The notes under the pieces are model-generated. The model did not search any database, was not told the origin of the DNA, and saw nothing but the letters and a program-made list of their open reading frames with translations. A program made the translations under genes and the position numbers. From Armatimonadota bacterium (GTDB lineage: Bacteria > Armatimonadota > SYMT01), in assembly GCA_041690135.1 (NCBI GenBank), contig JAWLHY010000004.1, positions 416,001 to 480,000 on the forward strand: a stretch of 64,000 bases of DNA, written 5' to 3'. Each line of letters opens with the position of its first letter. Position 1 is the first letter of the stretch. Positions 56,972 through 64,000 of this stretch are shown one piece after another.

Positions 56972-58206
56972 GATTCGACCCCCTGTGGCAATCCCCGGCC
57001 GGCGGCCAGGCTGCGGTAGACTTGCTCAAATACATCGATCTGCGTCTCTATTCCAAACCGCTCCCGCACCTGCTGTCGCGCCGACTTCCCCATTCGCCGC
57101 CGCAGTTCCGGATCGCGAGCCAGCCGCGTCAGCCGGTCCGCCAGGGCGTCGATGTCGCGGCGTCGGACCACGTATCCATCCACCCCATCGCGCACGGCCT
57201 CGGGCATTCCCCCGGCGTCGGTAGTGATCACCGGAATCTCCATCGCCATCGCTTCCAGAGCTGCGTTGCTCAAGCCTTCACTCAGCGTCGGGAGCAGAAA
57301 TACGTCTGCTTCCGTGAGGGCGGCGCGCACGGCCTCCCGCTTCTGCGCCCCGGCCAGCGTGACGTGATCGGAAAGCCCCTGGTCCCAGACCTCGAACTGG
57401 ATCGCTTCCCGCTGGTCGCCCTCACCCACCACGAGGTAATGCGCCCGAATGCCTGCTTCGTGCACGTGACGCAGCGCACGTACGGCATCCGTGATCCCCT
57501 TCTTCCAGTGCAAGCGGGAAACCGTAAGGATGGACAACGTCTCTTTAGGCGTGGAACGAGGCTCCGGCTGGAAGTATTCCCAGTTCACGGAAGGATAGTT
57601 GACGAACGCCTTGGCGGGATCGAGACCATACTCCATCGCGCTCCGGACCATCGCCTGGGTAACGCAGTGGACGGCATCCATCTCATCGAAGGCGCGCCGG
57701 ATGGCGCCCGCCAGCGAGGGCCGCACCCGCGGAAGGATGTCGATATCGGCGCCGCGACAGCTGATCACCTTCTTTCCGGGCAGCAGTGCCGCCAGGTCGC
57801 CGTATTCCTCCACCAGCGACGAAAACTCGAAATGAACCACGTCCGGCGAACTGCCCAGGAACGGCAGCAGGCGGTATAGACGCTTGCCCAGCTCGGGGCC
57901 TGTACCGTAGCGCTTGCGAAGGTAGGCGATCCAGCGCCGGGCCTGTTTCGGATGTACCGCCAGGGCCTGCGCCAACATCACCGGGAGGCGCGCGGCAGCC
58001 GCCGCCTGTGGCTGCGTCGGTGGGAGGTAACGCAGGGTGAGGGTCGGAGGCAAGGCCGCCAGCTCACTGGCGTAGGCCGCGACATCGCCCGGGTTCCGGG
58101 CCATCACCTCCACCTCGATGCCGCGCTGCGCCAGCCGCACCAGCTTCTGAAAGATGAACGTCTGCGAAACCTGCGGAAAGGCTCCGGTAATCACCATCAA
58201 GCGCAC
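56956..58206 (-). CDS. Glycosyltransferase family 4 (WcaL-like)
   Basis: FPQVSQTFI, RGADI, VSRLHWKKG, SEGLSNAALEAMAM, GGMPE. Confidence 0.92.
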   Translation of the reverse strand: MRLMVITGAFPQVSQTFIFQKLVRLAQRGIEVEVMARNPGDVAAYASELAALPPTLTLRYLPPTQPQAAAAARLPVMLAQALAVHPKQARRWIAYLRKRYGTGPELGKRLYRLLPFLGSSPDVVHFEFSSLVEEYGDLAALLPGKKVISCRGADIDILPRVRPSLAGAIRRAFDEMDAVHCVTQAMVRSAMEYGLDPAKAFVNYPSVNWEYFQPEPRSTPKETLSILTVSRLHWKKGITDAVRALRHVHEAGIRAHYLVVGEGDQREAIQFEVWDQGLSDHVTLAGAQKREAVRAALTEADVFLLPTLSEGLSNAALEAMAMEIPVITTDAGGMPEAVRDGVDGYVVRRRDIDALADRLTRLARDPELRRRMGKSARQQVRERFGIETQIDVFEQVYRSLAAGRGLPQGVESCRLT

Positions 58207-60089
58207 AACAGACTCCTTTCGTGCGCGGCCAGTTCTCGCAAGGGGAAGGCGGGCTGAAGGTGCTCCCGCGTCCACAACTGCAGCGATAACAGCGACCAGA
58301 TCGCCCGGGTGCGGTCGCGACCCTCCAGGTGCTCCTGGTACAACCGGCGCAGGGTGGCGCGGTCGAGGAGCCCTTCCGGATAGGCGTCGCCGGTCAGCAG
58401 CAACTCATCCACGAGGGGCCGGAGCTCCGAGCGCAGCCATGCGCCCAGGGGAATGGTGAACCCGGCTTTGCGCTCCGGGATGCGTTCCGGCGGCACCGCC
58501 CGGGCCAGGGCGCCGCGCAGGGGCAGCTTACCCAGGCCCTGCTTCATGCAAACGGAGGGTGACATGCGTGCCGCGGTGGCAGCCACCTCCAGGTCCAGCA
58601 CCGGGACCCGGACCTCGAGGCTGTAGTGCATGCTGGCCCGGTCCATTTTCAATAGGACCATCTGCAGGTGACCCCACAGCTCGTTCTGCCGCAGCCAGCG
58701 GGCCAGCGGCTCCGCCTGGAGCGGACCGGGATAGCGGTAGTCCTCGAAGCCGGGCGGAAGCGGGACCGCGCCGGCACAGAGCGCCCGGAGGTCTGCTTCC
58801 CGCAAGCCCGAAAAGCACTGCCCGTCGAACTGCCAGGCTCCCGGGTCCGGGAAGAGCACGCCGCGCGGAACCTTACCGCCTTTGCGGCCCAGCGCATAGC
58901 CTGCCGCGCGTGCGAGCCATGGCAGGCGGAACCAATGCGCGTTCCCCGCCATCTTCCAGAAGCGCGGGTAGCCCCAGAACAGCTCATCTCCCCCGTCCCC
59001 GGAGAGCGCCACCGTCACGTGGCGGCGGGTAGAGCGGCACAGGAGCAGGCTGGGAAGGGAGGAGAAGTCGGCGAACGGCTCGGTGAAGGCCCGCGCGCCC
59101 TCCGTGACCAGGTCCAGGCAGTCGCGGGGGCCGCATACGTCGACCGTGTGCTCCAGACCCAGGGCCTCGGCGTAGGCGCGCGCTACCGGGGCCTCATCGT
59201 AGCCCGGGTCGGAGCAGCCGATCGTGAATGCCCGGACTCGTTCCGAAGCCCGGCACATGTGGGCGGCTACCAGGGGACTGTCCACGCCGCCCGACAGAAA
59301 CGCCCCCAGCGGAACGTCGCTCACCATCTGCCGCCGCACCGCGGCGCCCACAGCCTCGTCCACGGTCCCCACGGCGGAGGCGTCGGTCCGGATCTCGTCC
59401 GTCTCCTCCGGGAAGGCGTAATAGCGCCGGACCCGCGGCTCTCCCCCCCGCTCGACCGTGAGAAGGTGGCCCGGCGGCAGGAGCGACGTATCTTCGAACA
59501 GGGCGTGGGGCGGGGGAATGTATCCCAGGCGAAAGAACAGGCCCAGCGCCGGGAGCGAGAGCCTCCGCCCGCAGTATGCGTGGCGGACAACCTGGTCATA
59601 CTGGCTCCCGAACGCAACGCCTTGTGGATGGCGGAGGTAGTAGAGGGGCTTGATCCCCATCGGGTCCCGGGCGAGCAGCAGGCGCTTCCGGTCGCGATCG
59701 TACCAGGCCAGGGCAAACATCCCATTGAAGCGGCGGAGGGCGTCTTCTCCCCACTCGGCGAGGGCCAGGAGCACCACCTCGGTATCGGAGGTGGAGCGGA
59801 ACGCGTGCCCCCGGGCTTCCAGGTCCGCGCGCAACTCCCGGAAGTTGTAGACTTCGCCGTTAAAAGCGATCACGTAGCGACCGCAGGGGGAAACCATCGG
59901 CTGGTGACCCGCCGGGGAAAGATCCAGGATCGCCAGCCGCCGGAATCCGAGCGCCAGGTGCGCTTCGTCCGTCCAGTGGCCTTCATCATCCGGTCCCCGG
60001 CGCTCCATCAAGCCGGTCATCTGCCGTACCGCCTCCTGATGGAGGCCGATTTCCGGCCGATGGGTGTAGACACCGGTTATGCCGCACAC
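58197..60089 (-). CDS. asnB: Asparagine synthase-like glutamine amidotransferase (polysaccharide amidation)
   Basis: MCGITG, RGPD, RRLAILDLS, FNGEVYNF, SDTEV, RD.MGIKPL, FLSGGVDS, SGDGGDELF.GY, SLEVRVP. Confidence 0.95.
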   Translation of the reverse strand: MCGITGVYTHRPEIGLHQEAVRQMTGLMERRGPDDEGHWTDEAHLALGFRRLAILDLSPAGHQPMVSPCGRYVIAFNGEVYNFRELRADLEARGHAFRSTSDTEVVLLALAEWGEDALRRFNGMFALAWYDRDRKRLLLARDPMGIKPLYYLRHPQGVAFGSQYDQVVRHAYCGRRLSLPALGLFFRLGYIPPPHALFEDTSLLPPGHLLTVERGGEPRVRRYYAFPEETDEIRTDASAVGTVDEAVGAAVRRQMVSDVPLGAFLSGGVDSPLVAAHMCRASERVRAFTIGCSDPGYDEAPVARAYAEALGLEHTVDVCGPRDCLDLVTEGARAFTEPFADFSSLPSLLLCRSTRRHVTVALSGDGGDELFWGYPRFWKMAGNAHWFRLPWLARAAGYALGRKGGKVPRGVLFPDPGAWQFDGQCFSGLREADLRALCAGAVPLPPGFEDYRYPGPLQAEPLARWLRQNELWGHLQMVLLKMDRASMHYSLEVRVPVLDLEVAATAARMSPSVCMKQGLGKLPLRGALARAVPPERIPERKAGFTIPLGAWLRSELRPLVDELLLTGDAYPEGLLDRATLRRLYQEHLEGRDRTRAIWSLLSLQLWTREHLQPAFPLRELAAHERSLLCA

Positions 60090-61324
60090 AGGCTCCTCTC
60101 CCTCCTCGCTTCCGTAACCTCATCCAGCATCCGCTCGAAGTCCCGGGCGACCCGCTCCCAACCGAAGCACCCCTCGGCCCGCGCACGCGCCGCTCGCCCC
60201 AACTGCTCGCACAGCGCACGATCCGTCAGCAGCCGCACCAGGGCCCGCTCCAGGTCCTCCCCCATCCGCTCCGGGGAGACCAGCAGTGCTTCCGTTTCAT
60301 GGCGGAGCACCTCCGGAACGCCGCCGACGGATGATGCCACCTGCGGCATCCCGCTGGCGGCATACTCCAGCACCGTCAGCGGCATACCCTCTTCCTGCAC
60401 CGCGGGAAAGACACCGAGGTCCCCGGCGGACAGGACGCGCCCCAGTTGCGGCGAGGGCACATAGCCCGAGAACCGCACGGCGCCTTCCCCACACCGCTCC
60501 GCCAGCTCGTGAAGTCGCCGGACGTAGGGATCGGGTTCGGTCGCCATGTGAGTCGATGCGCCGATGACCAGCAACTGTGCATCGGGCACAACCCGTCGGA
60601 CCTTTGTAAAGGCATTCAGCAAGTGGTCCGCCCCCTTGCGAGGCTGCAGCCGACCACAGAACACCAGGACGGGGCCTGCACCCAGGCCCAACTCCCGGCG
60701 CACCTCCTGTCGCCAGCGCTGCCGGTGGTCCGGGTGAAAGGCCTGGAGGTCGACCCCGTTCGGGATCACGTAGCCGGGGATTGGCATGCGGCCATGCCGA
60801 TCCTCCGCCTGGGAGATGGAGACCCGCGCGACCGCGGCCAGCGCGTCGGCATCGGCCATCAGCTTCCGCCACTCCGCTTTGGTGCGGTCCTTCAGGTGAT
60901 TGGTGTGCTCATAGAAGACGACGCGAGCCCCCGGCGCGGCCCGGCGCGCTACCGAGGCCAGCGCGGGGAGCGCGTGGGCGACCACCACGTCCGGCCGCAG
61001 CCGCCGGAGCAGGCGGCCCACACCCGGCATGTACTCCACACCCACCTGTTCTCCGGTACCGAACCAGGGCTTGATGATCCGGTGCGGAAGCCGGGCGCAG
61101 GCGCGGTCCAGCGGCGCCGGCCGGACGTGCAGATACCGCTCGCGGTCGAACTTCGCGTGCTCCAACTCGGGGTACCAGGGCGAGATCATCACCGGATGGT
61201 ACCGCTCCAGGCGCCGCACCGTGTGCTCCACCACCCAGGCGGGAGCACCGTCCAAGATTGGCGGCAGGGGCCGCCACCAGGCGCCCACGATGACAACGCG
61301 CGGGCCGGAATCAGGAAACGTCAT
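60077..61324 (-). CDS. Glycosyltransferase family 4
   Basis: IPNGVD, GRL..RKG, EGMPLTVLEYAASG, GGVPE. Confidence 0.92.
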   Translation of the reverse strand: MTFPDSGPRVVIVGAWWRPLPPILDGAPAWVVEHTVRRLERYHPVMISPWYPELEHAKFDRERYLHVRPAPLDRACARLPHRIIKPWFGTGEQVGVEYMPGVGRLLRRLRPDVVVAHALPALASVARRAAPGARVVFYEHTNHLKDRTKAEWRKLMADADALAAVARVSISQAEDRHGRMPIPGYVIPNGVDLQAFHPDHRQRWRQEVRRELGLGAGPVLVFCGRLQPRKGADHLLNAFTKVRRVVPDAQLLVIGASTHMATEPDPYVRRLHELAERCGEGAVRFSGYVPSPQLGRVLSAGDLGVFPAVQEEGMPLTVLEYAASGMPQVASSVGGVPEVLRHETEALLVSPERMGEDLERALVRLLTDRALCEQLGRAARARAEGCFGWERVARDFERMLDEVTEARRERSLCAA

Positions 61325-61332
61325 AGGCCTCT

Positions 61333-62301
61333 TCAGATGAACCGGGCAATCTCGTGCTGGAAGCGATCCAGACTCCAGTCGCCCACCACCATACGGGGCA
61401 GGGCTTGCGGGTTCGACCAGCGCGTCACCGGCTCCGCCACCACGGTGCCGGCTGTCTCCAGCCCCACGCTCCGCGAGATCTGCTCCAGAAAGGCCGGCAC
61501 CCGGCGGCGACGGCGCATCGCTTCGTCGTAGGGATAGGCAAAGTGGGCCACGCGCTGCCCCAACTGTTCCTCCAGCACCCGTTTGCTTTCGGAGATTTCC
61601 CGCCGGGCCAGCTCCTCATCCAAACCACTCAACGCGGGGTGGTCCATGGAATGCGCGCCCAGCGTGAAGCCCATCGCCGCCATCTCCCGCGCCTCATCCC
61701 ACGACATGGGGAGTTCGAGGGGGTGCGGCGGGGCCGGCTCCGCTCCCAGGGCAGCCAGGCGCCGATCTCGCTCCGCGGGTGGGAGGGGCCGCAACTCCGA
61801 ACAGGTCCGGTGGACCACCCGGCACAACTCCCGCTGCTTCGCCTCCGAGAACTCCCGCTCGCCCTCCCTTTCACTTACAGTCAGCAACCGGGCTTCCACT
61901 TCGTCCCACCAGGAACGGCGGGAGGCGCCGATCCAGCCTCCGGTCAGGTAAAAAGTGGCCGGCAGACCGAGGCGACGCAAAACTGGCGCCGCGCAGATCC
62001 GGTTGTCCCGGTAACCGTCGTCGAAGGTGATTACCACCTGCCTTCGCGGCAGCGACCCCTTGCGCAACTGCTCGGCCAGGGTGTCCAGAGACACCACGGG
62101 ACAGTAGCTACTCAACCAGCAAAGCTGCTTCTCAAAGCCGGCAGCCGTCAGCCGCATCCGCAAGGGATCACGCCAGTCATCCGGCACCACGCGGTGGTAC
62201 GCGAGGATGAGCGTGCGGGGCACGAACCGCCCCATCACCGCATACCGGAGACGCGTGGACTCGCGTGTAACCTGCCGGCCCAGGTGGTCGGTGAGGATCA
62301 T
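61333..62301 (-). CDS. Polysaccharide deacetylase (NodB/CE4, IcaB/PgaB-like)
   Basis: ILAYHRV, ITFDDGY.DN, PATFY, GAHSMDH, FAYPY. Confidence 0.93.
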   Translation of the reverse strand: MILTDHLGRQVTRESTRLRYAVMGRFVPRTLILAYHRVVPDDWRDPLRMRLTAAGFEKQLCWLSSYCPVVSLDTLAEQLRKGSLPRRQVVITFDDGYRDNRICAAPVLRRLGLPATFYLTGGWIGASRRSWWDEVEARLLTVSEREGEREFSEAKQRELCRVVHRTCSELRPLPPAERDRRLAALGAEPAPPHPLELPMSWDEAREMAAMGFTLGAHSMDHPALSGLDEELARREISESKRVLEEQLGQRVAHFAYPYDEAMRRRRRVPAFLEQISRSVGLETAGTVVAEPVTRWSNPQALPRMVVGDWSLDRFQHEIARFI

Positions 62302-62548
62302 TGCTGCAGCTCGTACCCTTCATTTCCTTCGGCTCTCCTGCTTGCTGCCCGCGGCAATCCGGGCGGCCGCGGCGGGTCGATTTCCACGCGCGCCGAGAAG
62401 TGACTACAACGCGCACCTTGCTTCCGCAACCGGGCAGAGACCGGCCGCGATCGTTTCACACTTGTGCAACCCTGAATGCGTCTCATGGCTTCGTTCCTCT
62501 TTTCTTGGTTCTTGCTTGTCTAGACGAAGCCGCCGCAGCCCGCCGAGC

Positions 62549-64000
62549 TCAGGCGGCGGCGGTCACCACTTCCGCGTCCAGCGACACGAACTGGTGCGTA
62601 CACAGATCGAGATAAGTTCGGCTCGACGAAAGCAACTCTTCGTGTGTGCCCACCGCCTCGACGCGACCATCCCGCAGCACGATGATCCGGTCGGCACAGC
62701 GCAGCGTACTGAGGCGATGCGCCACCGCAATTACCGTTCGTGACCGGACCAACCGGTCCAATGCCTGCTGGATACGGACTTCGGAGACGCTATCGAGAGC
62801 ACTGGTCGCCTCATCCAGCAGGAGGATGGGGGCGTTCTTCAGCAGGGCCCGGGCGATGTTCAGCCGCTGGCGCTGACCGCCGGAGAGATCGATGCCGGGC
62901 CCCAGATGGGTGTCGTAGCCCTTCGGAAGCGCCAGGATCTCGTCGTGGAGATTGGCATCCCGCGCCGCCTGCTCCACCTCCGCATCCGAGGCGTCCATCC
63001 GGCCGTAGCGGATGTTCTCCCGCACGGTGGTCCGGAAGATGAACGGGTTCTGGAGCACGGCCGAGAGATTGTCGTAAAGGCTTTCCAGCTTCACGTCCCG
63101 GAGGTCCGTGCCGTCGAAGCAGATCCGCCCGCGAGTGGGGTCATGGAAGCGCATCAGAAGCGAGATCAACGTCGACTTACCGGCGCCCGAGGGGCCCACC
63201 ACCCCGATCACCTCCCCGGCCCGAATTTCGAGGTTCAGGCCGTCCAGGACGGTCTCCCGGCCGTAGGCAAAGGTGACGTCTTCCAGGGTGATCCGCTGCG
63301 GGGTCTGCGGCAGGCGCACGGCATTCGGCCGGTCCGCGATATCCGGCGCGTGGTCCATCAACTCCCCGATCCGCTCCAGACCGGGAGTGAACTGCTGGAT
63401 CGCCGCGTAGATGTGTGCCGTTTTGCGCGCCGGCTCGAAGAGGGAAGTGAGGGCCATGATGAAGGTGAGGAGCGCGGGCCAGCTCAGGCGAGCGTTATCG
63501 ACCTCGAACCCGCCCATCACGATGACGAGGACCAGGCCCGTGCCTGCTACCGCTTCCAGCAGTACCCCAGCCATCGCCTGATAGGCAGTACCCCTAAGAG
63601 CGGCATCGTAAAACTGTTCGGCGACCCGGCGGAACCGCACTAACTCCGTGCGCTCGCTCTGGTAGAGCTTGACCAACCGCAGTCCTTCGCAGAGTTCCAG
63701 GAGATGGTCGGTGAGGTCATAGCCGACCTGGCGCTGCTTGCGCGCTACTTCGAGCATCCGACCGCCGAGCATTACCATCGGCAACGCCAGCAGCGGAATG
63801 ACCACCAGGGCCACGCTGCTCAATCGCGGGCTCAGCAAAAAGGCCGTGAGCGTCAGGGAGAGAGCCGTGGCCACGTTGGACGTGACGATACAGACGCTGC
63901 GGACCGATTGATACATTGTCTCCACGTCGGTCCGTACCGCCTGGATCAGATCCGCCCGGCTATTGCTCTCCACGAAACCGACGGACTGTCGCAGGAGGTG
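62549..64000 (-). CDS. ABC transporter permease/ATPase (MsbA/PglK-like), 5' end beyond the window
   Basis: TM domain plus GPSGAGKST, LSGGQRQR, ILLLDEATSALD, AHRLST. Confidence 0.93.
   Translation of the reverse strand, partial: HLLRQSVGFVESNSRADLIQAVRTDVETMYQSVRSVCIVTSNVATALSLTLTAFLLSPRLSSVALVVIPLLALPMVMLGGRMLEVARKQRQVGYDLTDHLLELCEGLRLVKLYQSERTELVRFRRVAEQFYDAALRGTAYQAMAGVLLEAVAGTGLVLVIVMGGFEVDNARLSWPALLTFIMALTSLFEPARKTAHIYAAIQQFTPGLERIGELMDHAPDIADRPNAVRLPQTPQRITLEDVTFAYGRETVLDGLNLEIRAGEVIGVVGPSGAGKSTLISLLMRFHDPTRGRICFDGTDLRDVKLESLYDNLSAVLQNPFIFRTTVRENIRYGRMDASDAEVEQAARDANLHDEILALPKGYDTHLGPGIDLSGGQRQRLNIARALLKNAPILLLDEATSALDSVSEVRIQQALDRLVRSRTVIAVAHRLSTLRCADRIIVLRDGRVEAVGTHEELLSSSRTYLDLCTHQFVSLDAEVVTAAA

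Overview
High-GC bacterial chromosomal window with no rRNA, tRNA, CRISPR or intact transposase that I can see. The gene content (DUF1592/DUF1552, DUF4058, a PPC-repeat protein, a secreted DJ-1) resembles Armatimonadota/Planctomycetota; this is inference. In order: a GT2 fragment, MBL hydrolase-surE, a methyltransferase plus WlbG-like priming sugar transferase, and small hypotheticals. At 10.2-23.9 kb lies a tandem array of four secreted modular paralogs sharing a C-terminal pectin-lyase-like beta-helix, with variable FN3 stalks and phage-spike-like jelly-roll domains; two of them share a ~755-bp nucleotide-identical tract. Next come a SelA/DgaE-like PLP enzyme, TPR, PPC, SDR and GH13 genes, a radical SAM pair, a low-GC decayed Rhs island and the DUF1592/DUF1552 pair. 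A minus-strand surface-polysaccharide cluster runs from 45.3 kb past the window end. Intergenic DNA is full of REP-like hairpins and 6-9-mer tandem repeats. A 19-nt hairpin+TAAA micro-element appears inserted four times inside these other repeats.
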